This document shows, piece after piece, positions 25,493-38,600 of a stretch of 64,000 bases of DNA. The DNA is from Tubiluchus corallicola (taxonomy: Eukaryota > Animalia > Priapulida). Position 1 is the first letter of the stretch, and the number at the start of each line of letters is the position of its first letter. A program made the translations under genes and the position numbers. Location of the stretch: positions 1,178,001 through 1,242,000 of the forward strand of contig JAQGDQ010000022.1 of the NCBI GenBank assembly GCA_030141605.1. Reading direction: 5' to 3'. The notes under the pieces are model-generated. The model had not been told where the DNA came from. It worked only from the letters and a program-made list of their open reading frames with translations, and made no database searches.

Positions 25493-26125
25493 CACTAGGT
25501 GCACTTCTATTCCCGACCCTCGTTTTTCGGTTTTTGCCCCCTAGCGGAAAATTTGGATATACGCGCACGTGTCATATTTTGTCACGTGCAAGGCCACGTC
25601 AACACCTAGCAACATACCAAATATTGTGACCCAAGCTCAAAAACTGCGGGAGCAGGTGGATTATGAAGCAGAATAAATGAAGACCCGTCCACTCCGTGAC
25701 CTTTGACCCGGCAACTCCGGCCACATGTTTACGTAGATAACTTTGCCCAGAGAATGTACCCTATGAGTTTTGTGTCCCTAGCTCTCAGCATGTAAAAGGT
25801 CACCAATTGGGGGACCACAAATTTTGCATTTTGGCCCCTCCCACCGGCGTTTAAAACTTGCCAGCTTTTTAAAACCCCAGGTGCATATCTGCCCCACAGT
25901 ACGCAAATACTTGTGGAAAAAAATTGGAAAAAAAACGAAATTCTAAAGGAAAAACTGACCAACGCCCACTGTCCTTCCCCCTTTAGCCAGTGGTCAGCGG
26001 TTGCTATGCAATTGTACGTGTCCCGCCCAGGGCTACCAACCCAGTGTGTTTGGTGACCCTAGCTTGCAAGGCTTACGAGTTATTAAGCGTTAAAGTGGCG
26101 GAGCATAAATAATAATAACTCAATG
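25493..26125 (+). mobile_element. GC-richer interspersed repeat, Helitron/Helentron-associated non-autonomous type
   Basis: Abrupt GC/CpG rise. Contains TGACCTTTGACC and internally repeated modules (ACCAAATATTGTGACCCAAGCT, TTTTGTGTCCCTAGCT, TTTGGTGACCCTAGCTT...CGAGTTATT), and ends in an (AAT)n run. Family assignment is inference. Confidence 0.5.
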
Positions 26126-26584
26126 AAAAACAGTATGGCAAAATCTTAATTAATTAAACATGCTCTGTTTTATCGTTACTGTACCTAGGAAATTGCTACA
26201 CAGTCTCACCCAATGTTCTACCCAATCAATGTGTTCTAGATGCATCTGCTCTATGAATTATTGTTACTACCATTGAATTGTTTTACGAGATTTTCAATTG
26301 CTCAAGTATTTACTTATTGTTAAGCCATGGTGATGCGTAGTTGTACACTAAATTTTCACAGGTTTACCGAAATTTGTATATAATTATGGTTTTCAACTAA
26401 ATTTATATACATGTAGTCGTAGAATGACATTGTCATTTATGGCGGCCACCTGTAGGAGGAAGACTGTAAAGCACTTGCTCCTTCTTCCTCTTTACAACAA
26501 CCTTATTAATTTTAATTATTATTATTATTATATAGTTGTATCCGTTGTACTGATTGTTGTAAAATAAATTTATTCTGTCCTACT

Positions 26585-26792
26585 CTATTTGCTCTGTTCT
26601 ATTCTATTCTATTCTATTCTATTCTATTCTATTCTATTCTATTCTATTCTATTCTATTCTATTCTATTCTATTCTATTCTGTTCTGTTCTGTTCTGTTCT
26701 GTTCTGTTCTGTTCTGTTCTGTCCTGTTCTATTCTGTTCTGTTCTGTTCTATTCTATTCTATTCTATTCTATTCTATTCTATTCTATTCTAT
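26585..26792. repeat. Compound pentanucleotide microsatellite (CTATT)n(CTGTT)n(CTATT)n
   Basis: Directly visible. It follows AATAAA at ~26563, so it may be a retroelement tail. Confidence 0.97.
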
Positions 26793-27029
26793 CATGCATG
26801 TGTAAATGTTCGAGCTCTGGGCATTAAATGCAAAAATTAATAATTATAAAGCCGAAATTACAGAAACATTTTGGTTATCAGGTGCCCAAAGAAAAGTTCA
26901 TATAAAGACCTGTATGAAAAAATAAAAGAGGAACTTGGGTAAGAATATGGTCAACAAAATAATGTTAACGTGCTGGGACGTAGAGTACCTATTATGTAGA
27001 CAGGGATTTAGGCTTCTACTGGGACTTGG

Positions 27030-27145
27030 AGCAAGGCGGCACCTGCCGGGAGAAAGACTGAAGAGGCACGTGACGTTAACGAGTAGGCGGGATGAATGGC
27101 GTCAATGAGCCGTTGTGGTGTGTATGTGCAGAGGCGGGTTCCGTT
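27030..27145 (+). promoter_or_regulatory. Putative PNP promoter (CpG-rich; overlapping E-box/CRE; GC-box-like sites)
   Basis: CACGTGACGT at 27067-27076 and two AGGCGGG sites, 130-230 bp upstream of the ATG at 27267. Confidence 0.45.
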
Positions 27146-27266
27146 GCATTTTAATATTGGAGTTTAGCAATAACTGTTTAGTTAATTTCTTGAATTAAAT
27201 TTGATTTTCTCCCAAAAGTGATCAGCTTGAAATTTTTAAATTTGTCATAGCTAAGCAAATATAAAG

Positions 27267-30200
27267 ATGGAAAAAGTGCTGCATACTTCTAGGTGAGTAC
27301 TTAAATGTAGTTGTAGGTTCCTGCTACTGTACTAGTACTGTATTGGCTCTAGTTTTAGTTTTGCTAAACGTTGCTAAAGCACGCAGGTAAATCTTCAAAG
27401 CTCCGTTTTCAGTTTCAAAATACTCCACTGTCTGTGGCACGCTCATTAGCATAACTTCATTGTAATAATTATGACGCTTTTGAATCCAGATTTTTGGCAA
27501 TTTCCCATCTCACCCATTTAACCAGGATATTTTGTGTAACTCTTTTGCCTAGGCATAAAATGTAATAAAAACTTTTGGATTGCATCTTAAAATAAAAATA
27601 ATATTAATAAGTTTATCCGATATTAAGTTAATTTTAACGATTTTGCATAAACAAAAAAGGCCTGTGTAAATAACTAATCTTTTTACACTTTATGGTAGAT
27701 TTAAATGCTTTAGCCTTGCCAGGGTAGCTTATAGCTTATGCCTAAATTTTTATAATATTTCAAGCTTACTGTCCTTCATCTGTGACACAGGGCAGATTTT
27801 ATAAAAATTTTTGTATCGTTACTATTAAGGGAAAACTGGACTCCATCTTGAACTATAGCTCAAAACAATATACCCTATAAAATATTGAAAGATTGTTAAA
27901 GAATTACTTCCACAGAATGGTAATTGCACGTTTGTGAGGCTATTTGCTAGTTAGATGGGTACTAGTGTCTGCATCTGGAAACACGTTATCCAAAAAACAG
28001 GTGTGGTACCACCTTGTTCAGACGTGCTCACTTGTGATGTAGTGCACACGTTCGAGAGCTCATGCGTGAGCACAGCGGTAAATTTAAAATTTGAATTTTT
28101 AAGTTAAAATTTGCCGAGTTTTTATATATCACTCTTTATGTTGTACAGTTGAGCTGTACTTCAGTTTTCGCATTTCAGTCACGTGCAACGCACTCGTGGA
28201 ATGTTTGTGCTATTGAAAATAATTAAGTTTTAACCTATTATGTAATTACCAGAAACATTTTGCCATTATTATAGGTCTTAAAATGTACACTTTACCGTAC
28301 TTCAAAATGCGATAGGATATATTGAAAACCAGCCTGTTTTCTTTTAACCCGATTTCCAGACGGCAAACAGGCACACCTATACATAGAACCAATCAAAATG
28401 ATTCTTTATATGGGTGTGTGAAATACCGCTTTTGGCACAGTATGAGTAACTGTTCTAACAACATTATGAGACTGTATGTAGCAGACACTGCCTTTCAGAC
28501 AGTAATTTTCATTGGTTTACTGTGGAGGTGTGTGCTGTGCCGTGTTTGCCGCTATCGCTTCCGATTGCCCATCCTAAATTTTATATGATTCCACGAAAGC
28601 CTTGATTTAGACATTTTATGACTCAGCTTATGAAACGCGGTTTCATTTAAAACACGCTTTAATTAATTTTATGTAAGCGTCTGTATTCTATACCATTTTG
28701 CAAAATGTTCAAGGAAATTTTTAATTTTTTGCGTTCCCATCACATTTTATTGAGTTTCGCGCCGGCTGTGTGTATTGCCAGCATGCACTACCGTTTGTGC
28801 ATATGGTGATGTAGCAATCCATGCGTACTGTACTTTGGTGACTTGCCAAAATTCTAGTGTAGTATGCCGCTGAGTCTGCCGATTTAGTATTGAGCGGCTG
28901 ACGAAATACTCGGCGCTCGAGGTCAGTAAGGACACGCGATTATTTAATGATGGAATGTACCCCGGAATGTCATAAAAGGCCTTGTGTCTTGAAACCATTT
29001 ATTTGCCAGTTAAACTAGCTAAGTTGTCAACTTGTTAAGTAAATAAAGACTGTTCGTCGTAAACCGAACTGAGAAATTTGTAAAATATTACAGTAAAGCC
29101 TTCAAAATAAACGCGACAAGCCTGCTAAATTACTGTCGTAATGTCATTAAAACATTAGTTGTCGTGTTATGATTTTTTTTCAAAAATTACGTTTTACACA
29201 AATTTCTTTATGAGTTGGCTCAGCTTCTTGTTAAATTTCCCCTTGAAATTACTTATTTTTCTTACAATTCTACTACAAACTATAGCTACAAGCGATAAAA
29301 TTCGCGTACTTAAATAAATTTACCATATAAATACATATTTACATAATATAATGATGTGAATAACAAAACTAACAACGCAAGTACTATAATAGCATTATAG
29401 GCTATAATATAACTTGCTAACTTAATTAGTATAATGTGACGTAATAACAACATTATATAACATGGCGCTAATGAGTGAGCGCTAAGTCTTTATGACATGG
29501 CACGTGTACTATCGTAACGACTTAACTTCTAAACCCTAAATTAATTTCCGCAAATGATTTGCACAGGACTATTTCAGCTTTGATTAATTATTGAAAATGT
29601 ATAATAATTGGTAAGATATAAAGATAATTTAAGTCTAGTAGCTCTTGTAACTAGCTAAATCCTCCCTGATTATTGAACTGCAAGAGTTCTTGGCAGCAGT
29701 AGACCAGCTATTCGTAATAACATTCCGTTATTTAACAGTAAAAACATTTGAACAAAAATATATATAACTAAAGAATGATTATTTTTCAAAATTAACTTTC
29801 AATAGTACATTGACTTAAACCACATATCCGTTTTAGTTTTCTTACACACTACCCAAAACTGAATGATTACGATATTATTATTCATATATTATACATATAC
29901 TGTTGTAATTTAATCACCTAAATAGATTGTAATTTACAATGGCTTTTGAGTGAAAGCAATTTATAAGACAACGGCACGGGAAGCATGCACGTAAAATGTA
30001 TCCACAAAAGCAAATACTGTAATAATGTATAATGTATGTTACTATCTGTAGTCTGAATTTTAACATTAACAATATTTTTGTGAGCCTTAGTACTTGGAAA
30101 TGTGCCAAGAGTTCTTCAGGTCAAACATTCGTTGATCCGTGAGGTGCAAACAATGCTTGTAATCAGAGCCATGCTGGTGCTAATGTTCTCTGGTTGTTTT

Positions 30201-33200
30201 TTCTGCCACCAACAGAGCACTCCTAGTCTTATACAACACATCATGCATAAATATTGCATTAAGCTATAAACATTTTCCAAACAGTATGAAACAGAGTAGA
30301 GTAGGTCATAATTTCTAATTTTCATACTACTGCAAAGTATAAGTAGTTAGTCTTGGTAGGCACTAGATTAAAAAACTTACAAATATGTTTTATAATTCTT
30401 TATAAGAAGGTTTCTGCAGTTTGTTATGCATACACAAATTCACGCGGGACATACTAGCCATGATCTCAGGTAAAATGACATTTGATCGTGTAAGACATGA
30501 ATGCGACGTTTGGGACATTTAGGACATTTATAATTTTGTCAACTTCGTTTTGCCAATGGTTTTGAATCAGAAATTTTTTTGTTGTTTTGAACGTTCATGA
30601 ATACACAGCTGCTTGATTATTTACTATATATATTCTTTTTTAATTCGTAGCTATAGTTACGACGAAATTGACGCCATTGCACAGTACCTTCTACAGCACA
30701 CGAAACACAGACCACAACTTGGTATCATCCTGGGTACTGGATGTGGAGGTTTGGTGAACACAGTGGATGATCAGGAAATATTTAATTACGAAGACATTCC
30801 TAATTTTCCTGTCAGTACAGGTGAGTCATAGGATTGTACAGCTGGTGCCTGTATTAATAAAAACTACCAAACTAAATAAGTTTAGTTCTCGATCCAGTTT
30901 TGCAGGAATCTGTTTCGTACAATTATTGTATGTAACTAGTGGGTTTATGTTGTCAGCGTGTGCTTTACTACATGTATTTTAGTGCCACCATTAGAAAGTG
31001 TGAGAAAAATGAGCACGTCCTAGCCCATGATGCGCACGCTAGTTATTCACTTATTTGTGAAGCTATTATGAGCGTTTTTTGATGTCGTTGTAGCGTTAAG
31101 GAGAAAGTGACGACAGCTTCAAATCGATCCTGGAAAATTGCCAAGACTTGCTAGTATTGATCTTAAGCTACAGTAGCTACGTTTTGCTCGGACGGTTTAC
31201 TATAGCGAGTAGTTACTTGTAAGATAAATGCTTCATTTGCAATAGGTAGATAAATCATTCGTTTACGTTACTTGCACACTGGAGGTTTTTAATTTCGGTT
31301 AATACATAACGCCATTACTGTCTAGTTCGTTCAATACTCACTCGCTTGGTAAACACGAAGTAGGTATACTTCGTAGACATGACATTTTTCTTTTGTGAGT
31401 AGTTCGACATACTGCATCACACTCACCTACATAATGTAGATACTTGTGGCAGAACCAAAACGTAGTTGTCAAGGATAATTATCTAAACTGAAATGTATAC
31501 TGAATCACCACACTACATTAAGGTGCCTTAGCCAATCCCAATGAGAGAAATGGTTAACAGCAGTATAGCAGTACAACTAGAAGTAGTGTTCTGGTAGTCA
31601 CCCATTCATTAACTAAACACTAACCAGGTTTAACATTTTATTTCAGTGGTTAAACGTATACCATGCCACTAATCTGTTGTTTCGTGAATCGTACTAAATT
31701 TAACTATGTAATCGAGCAGACGCTTGCATTGAGCCCAGAATTAGTTTGAGGAATGCAGCAGTTTTCAGCACTTCTTAAGTTCCTGTGTATGCATGTGCAG
31801 AAATCCTACTTGGTTTGAACTTAGTTTGAGATTATAATTAGACAAGAAACATTTGATTCTTTTTGTGACAGTCTGGTTTTCCATGGTGACGAATTTAATT
31901 ATAAATTCATAAAACATGGCAACCACACTTGAACAATATATCACAAGTACAGCATATCAAGGTTTCGTGCTGCTTTTAGCCTTACTTATTTTTTATTTCA
32001 TTCAATACACAATGGTTCTATATATAACATCCTTTGGTTGAAAGACTCAGATATGACGGTTCCAGGAAACCTTGGGTAGCGCGCGAAAATAAAACATACG
32101 TTTATTTGAGGAATGTGACAAAGGACCATAAAAAAATACGCTTTATTCTGAAACTTTTGAAGAACGTAATTTGACGCAGTAAATTAATAAAACTTCAGAA
32201 AAATCCATGACCCGTAGCTGTAAAATGTCTGTGCGAAAGAAAAGATACTAGTATGAGCTATTAATATAGTGAACAATAAAGCTTAATATTAGTTTAGAGC
32301 CTACAAAGCAATGTGTAAACAGAGAATACATTAAGTTGCTGATTCAGATTCAAATTTAGTTAAGTTACAGATTCAGTTAAGGTACATTTTTCAAGGATGA
32401 GTCTGAAAAAAATAAGCGCTTTGGCTTAGTTACCCGATTCTGTTCACAATAATATAGCACTTGAAATGATGATCAGGGCTTTTTTCTTCCCGGATGCCAC
32501 TAGAAGTGCAAGAAAATCACTTGAGGAGATATAATCTTTCTCTAAAAATTAAATTTAAATTGAAAATTGGTTACACTGTTCCTAAATCTTTACGCGCAAG
32601 CTCACACTCTCATATAAAGATCATTTTTGTAATTGAATTTTCGGCCTGAATTATTTAAAGCACGCCTACGATACGTTTGCCACGTGCTCAACTATCACGT
32701 ATCCCTCGTGGGTGGGTGTTGGTAGCTCACACAAAACACACAAAAGTGTGACTGTATTATCATTTCTACATTTGATAGCTAGTTACCTGTGTTGTGTTTA
32801 TTGACATTTATACCGGCAGCTGGTATATAAACGTTCAATCAACACAAAACTAGTCGAACATCGTCATTTTCCGCATTTTTTTGCTTACTGGAGATTTTTC
32901 GTAATTTTTTTTCAATAGTTTTCCAGTTATGGGCTTGAGCGGAGCAATGCAAAGTTGAAAAGTATAAAGTATATATGCAAACAGTATTTGTGTATAAACT
33001 TGTGAGCTACAGTAATGAAAGCCAGTGACAAGGTGTTTGCGTTTCTGCGCTGTATTTGAAATCTGCATAAATTTAAATCAATGTCCATTTGCCTAGATAA
33101 TTTGTTGACCATTTCTGTAGAACTAGGCCATGAGATATAACATGGGTGCAGTTGTCCAGCGGTGTCTTATGTTTTCTAGTACAACAAAGCTGTATTGGGC

Positions 33201-36200
33201 TCGCTCTTTTGGCCTTGATCAGCAAAGTTTGTATGTGGTGCAGCTCCTGCAGTCGCCTTGCTTTAGTTGCTTACTACTAATTAGATTCTACTTTGGCTTG
33301 TTACTCTTCATTACGATCCCAGTACTATAGAATTAAGCCTAGGTTGAGATATGTAGTCATATACACCAGACGATATTGCCAGTCATGCCTGTGAAGCCTG
33401 AGCATCAAGATTTCGTCTTACTCTATCTAGCATGCGTTATGCAACTGATTCTGCAGAAACTGCTATTGTAGGGCCCACGCCTCTGTGCTGTAAAACATCC
33501 GCAGCCTTTGATTGGCTAAACCGCTGACACACCCGCTTCTCGTGAGTGAGCATTTTTGCTAACGTCTGCAATTCTTTCCACTTGGTCATGGCCCATGGGC
33601 AACTGTTATAATCATAATTCTTGTAGAATGCAATCCAAAGCTGAAAGCAGATTTATATAAAAGCTTGCTTACACGTAGAAAACGTTATTGCTCTAGCTCT
33701 TATTGGTATGCTGTAGTTGAGTGGAGACAAATACAAAAGGTAGCCTATTAAGAAATCAATTAACTGATACACATGTAATAAGTACAAATGCACGCCTTTT
33801 TTATTACCTTACCTTACACTTACACATGCAACCAGGGCCTGAAATGTGTTAAACAATTAAGAGTAGCCTACTAATCATACACATTTTATTGCACAAAATA
33901 ATTCCTAATAGTCATTGTTGTTTAACTGGGCAATTTTTAATTGCAATTCGATAGAAGCGTTTTCAGAACATGAAGCTAACATTTAAAGTACCTAGAATGT
34001 AAGAATTTTTTGTATCGCCATACGGCGAAGTATGAGCTAACGTGAAGCTGCTGAACCATCTGATCATGTATGACGTCATTAGTGTGGGAGAGCTCCGTCT
34101 TTTCATCCTATATTGATTCAGTATCACGTGCAACACCTCCGTCTCATAATAAGCTGTAAGCTGTTGGCATAGTGCCAGCGTTTCTTTTATTGCCTCACGA
34201 TAGAATGTAATTACTGTTATATGAGTGGTTACAAGTTTACAGTACCATAGATGGTCCCAATTATTTTAAAACATAATATTACTTAAACATAATATTAGCC
34301 TAGAGTCAAGATAAGTAGCTAAGTGGTCACAGTGTGTGTTTGTTTTCGCCGTTAAGCAACCCCTGGGTGTTTTAGTAAATGGATGGTTATTGCAGAAAAA
34401 GCTACTTTTGAACGATTTTAATTATCTGCTATTCACGTATACTAATCTCATTGAAAGAGCGAAGGTGTGTACAACGATAACACACATCTGAATGTGGATA
34501 AACATCGCTGCTGGTTCAGTGTCTCATCTTACAGGATTATTTTTATGAGCTAGCTTCTGAATTCCGAACGGCCACAAACATACAATATTAGCAGCAAGTC
34601 GTGCTGTTGAGTATGGACTTCCATTTTGCATGGAGATGATTTGTGGAAAAAATAGAAACATATATCACATTAATGCTCCATCGTGATTTTATCTGTACTG
34701 TATATTACTGAATTTGTATTTCGTAGTTTGTAGCTGCTTATAGAGCAGTAAAACCTTGATACATATTTCCACACCTACTGTCACTTTGTACTTACAAGTG
34801 TTTATATCATGGTAACATGTCAATATCCCCGCTGATTACAAGTAAACTTTTTTCTTATCTGATACCAATATTTAATTAACCTGGACCGAAAATAGTGTAG
34901 TTACTACTTATGCCTGGCCTTGTAGGCTGTTCGCAATCGTAAACAAACTTGTTGAACCATGTATCTATGATATTAATTACCGAAACACTGCAGATACATC
35001 TAAGGCAAGATAATGTTTAAAAATATTAAGTACCTATTACAGCATAAACTAAACAATTACGAACATCTAGTAAAAAGAATTGGCAACAATATTTGTACTC
35101 ATAGCAGTTTCCAAATATGTAGTTCATTTCTTAGTAATTTCTTAATTGGTTAAAACTGGGTGGCTATAAGCCATACTTTTAACGAAATTCTTTTACGGAT
35201 CTTAAAACTATTCTTGAAAATATAATTAATTTGCTGTCTGTGTGGTTACCGCAATGATCGTATATTTACAATCTTGATTTAAACCATATAATTATTCTAG
35301 CTAATATGTGTTGTTCCCTAACATTTTGCTTAAAGTTTTCCTGAATATTTTGAACTAGATTTTCTACGGTGCAAGATGTATTGATATTAAGCGCATTCCG
35401 GGTTTGCATGGCATTTACAACTCGTAAACAGTCCAGAAGTAGTTGCTTACACAACAAACAATTTATCTGTTGACAAAACCCTTGACAATTAAGGGACGCT
35501 ATATGCAATTGGGGGAAAACCAAAAACAACTCAGTGGAACAAATGAGGTCCAAATTTTTCAGAATTTGAAATCTGTTTGAAATCATATTGTTTGGAACAG
35601 GAATGTACATATTTTTAACCAAAACTAAAGTGAAAAACACTGGTGGGGCTAAAATTGTTAAAAACATGTCTTGCTTATAAGCAAAGACACTGTTAAAATC
35701 ATATAGACAGTTAGACGAGAAACTAAATCATAGTTTTTCTTAAAATATAAAGAACTTTGATTATTTGACTACCTTTCCGTATTTCTGGACCCCAAATTTA
35801 ATAGACTTTCACATATTTACCTTTTTGCAAATGATTTAATTAGTTGTATCCAAACCCCTGGACATATTTTCAATTACGTCATAAAAATTGCTCTTTGTGT
35901 ATTATATTGTATATCTTCATCGTTTAACAATTGGAGTTAATCTGTTTAGGTTAATAACTATACTTGTTTTTCTTTCAGTTCCTGGCCATGCGGGACGGTT
36001 AGTTTTTGGCAAATTATCAGGGAAAGATGTAGTGATGATGCAGGGACGGTTCCACACGTATGAAGGCTACCCTATCTCTACGGTACATAAGAAAAGATTT
36101 ATTAACTTATCCAAGTCCAAAATGTCTCCATTCAAACATGGCAGAAAATAAGTTTTCTTTCAAATGTGCAAAAATTTGCTTTCGTTTTTAATCGTTTTAA

Positions 36201-38461
36201 ATAAAACCTTCAAACGGTTGCGTAAATATTCTACCTATTTAAGAGTGAAAAAGTCTATTAATTTCTTATTAGTCTACCTATGTGATGTAATTTATAGTTT
36301 TTCAAATTTGCCATTTTCCAGACTAGCTATAGGTAACCAATGAGAGATGTAGAAAAACATATTGATTTTTCTAGGTCAGCTAACTCAAGACTTGGCTTAG
36401 TGTATTTGGCACTTTAATTTATACATTACTCTGCCCATAGTTGTAATACTGCTTGTAGTACTAGCTAATATCATTAGCACCAGTGATTTTTGTAAGCCTG
36501 TACCTAGTGTACTTCTGTATTATTATCTGTACCTTTTTCTACTGTGTTTCAAAATTTATGTCGCTATTAGTTTTGCTGGGAAATGAAGTTTGAACGTTTT
36601 AAACTTAAAAAAATCAGTTGTTGCATTTTTCATTTATGTTGAAATCTTTATATATATATATATATATAAATTCTGAGCTGCATGCATAAGTTTGAATAAA
36701 AATACTTGCACGGCAGCTGTCTGTAACTTATCTTGTGTATAAAAATTTGTTTGCGTGTATAAGCTATTAGTTATACATATGTAAGTTATTTTATTTCAGT
36801 GTGCAATGCCAGTCAGAGTATTTAAGCTTATGGGAGCAAAAGCCATGATAGTCACTAATGCTTCTGGTGGTTTAAATCCAGCATTCAACGTTGGTGATCT
36901 TATGATAATCAAAGATCAGCTATACTTTCCTGGTTTTGCAGGTGATAATCCTCTTCGAGGCATCAACGATGACAGGTGCAAACTTTTTCTTTTAAAATTA
37001 TCAGCTCTAGCATGGATCTTTGGAATATTATGATTAATATCATATATAGGAGTAGTGCTTTTTGTAGTCTCATCTAGTTACTTAGATTATACCGCTGTCA
37101 TAGCAATGAAAGTATCTGCAGCTTCCAGGACAGAAAAAAAGTAAAAACTTTCAAGCTTGATATATTTTTATATTATTCATTTTCCCAATCAAGCAATTTT
37201 ATTAAGGGTTATGGAACCAACGTCAACATTATTAATCATTTTGGAATAAAGTTTTGAGTACAGAACACTGTTCAAATTTCATGATAAGTGATGTACTAAT
37301 GTTGAAACGATATAAATTGCACTGCCCATTTGTTTTTGCCATTTTAATTAAATTCTAGTCAATTTTTTTAAACTTATAGGTATTTTGTATTGCATGCATG
37401 TTGCTATGTGTAGCATACCTATACAAATATGAAGCTCTCACTCTCCACATTCACCAAAAATTTCTCCATAGAACACAGTAAAACAAAAGCACTACATAAT
37501 TGCTCCTACATGCATTGATAAATGTCACAGTTTTTTTATGTATTTTATTTTTACGATGATCTTATATTTCATCTTTGCAGATTTGGTCCACGTTTTGTAG
37601 CAATGAGTAACGCGTATGACGTAAAGCTACGTAAACTGTCTCACAAGATTGGCAAAGAGCTGGGATTCGAGGACTTCATGCGCGAGGGTGTTTACACAAT
37701 GCTTGGTGGTCCTTCTTTTGAAACAATAGCTGAAGGTAGAATGTTGCGCCTTCTAGGAGGAGACTGTGTTGGTAGGTGCTTCTCAGTTAAATCTACTTGT
37801 AGTAACTGCACATGTTGGCCCATTGAGTCACAATATTGATTTACAAGCAACTAATGGCAAGCTATCTTGCATTCTGCGAGGTTTCCAAGAAACCTGTGAA
37901 ATTATTGAACTTGCTTAAATGTTCGCACTTTTGAATTAGCTGAACACTATTAACAATTCAACTGCGACAAAAATTTTTCCTGATGTTAAGTGGAGGTAAG
38001 TAATAAATATTGCATGCACTATTTATTTTGGTAGAATTCTTGAGCAGAATTGATTTTGCTACTTTATTTGTGTCAAAATATTTCTGGTTTTATTGATTAT
38101 TTGGCTACTTGTGATGAAGGGGGTTTAAAATTGATGGCCATATCACTATTATCTTTGTTTATATCTTTGACACACTGCATCTGCATTTATCTCATTTACA
38201 TGCATCATGTGAACATTGCCATCTGTTTCATAGCTGTCTATCTGTCCAGGTATGAGCACTTGTCATGAAGTAATAGTTGCCAGGCACTGCGGTATGGACG
38301 TCCTTGGCATATCCATGATTACGAATATGATTGTTATGGACTACGAGGACCAAAGACTGGCAAACCACGAGGAGGTGTTGGAGACGGGCCGAAAGCGCAG
38401 TGAAGACATTCAAAAATTGGTACGACACATTGTAGCAAGAATGGAGATACCGGCCGAATAG
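27267..38461 (+). CDS. PNP: Purine nucleoside phosphorylase (trimeric, 6-oxopurine type), 292 aa
   Basis: join(27267..27292, 30651..30820, 35979..36082, 36800..36975, 37581..37771, 38250..38461). Motifs [65 protein letters not shown]. Internal exon sizes 170/104/176/191 match my recollection of human PNP. The first exon (MEKVLHTS, strong AG|GTGAGT donor) is less certain than the rest. Confidence 0.95.
27825..28347. mobile_element. TTAA-flanked MITE, copy 2 (PNP intron 1)
   Basis: Ends are TTAA-GGGAAAAC...GTTTTCTT-TTAA; homologous to 7504-7950. Confidence 0.75.
31444..31650 (-). mobile_element. 5S rRNA-derived SINE-like remnant, copy 2 (PNP intron 2)
   Basis: Minus strand CCTGGTTAGT...GAATGGGTGAC is 5S-like. 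Body blocks TTGT.GCAGAACCAAAAC.TAG, TCAAG.ATAAT and CAATGAGA.AAA are shared with 9055-9275. Confidence 0.6.
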
Positions 38462-38558
38462 GGAAATGGGGAAGGAGGTTAAGTCAGTCTTACTGTAAAA
38501 AGATCTGTAAGTTGCTGAACGTCGTTAATTGTCATCATAATTTATTTACTTGGTTCGT

Positions 38559-38600
38559 GCAAGTGAGATATAGTTGTCAGCAAGTGAGATATAGTTGTCA
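38559..38600 (+). repeat. Perfect 21-bp tandem duplication in the PNP 3' UTR
   Basis: GCAAGTGAGATATAGTTGTCA occurs twice. Confidence 0.92.

Noticed and set aside
24416-26840. Repetitive ORFs (IISYH)n and (YSILF)n, and a possible CRISPR-like array
   Set aside because: Translations of pentanucleotide microsatellites; there are no unique spacers and the context is eukaryotic.
30153-30269. 38-codon signal-peptide-like ORF ([18 protein letters not shown]...) in PNP intron 1 as an alternative first exon
   Set aside because: No phase-2 GT donor joins it in frame to exon 30651; too short to support on its own.
35266-35667. 133-aa minus-strand ORF in PNP intron 2 as a second nested gene
   Set aside because: No recognisable motif or splice support; likely chance or transposon debris.
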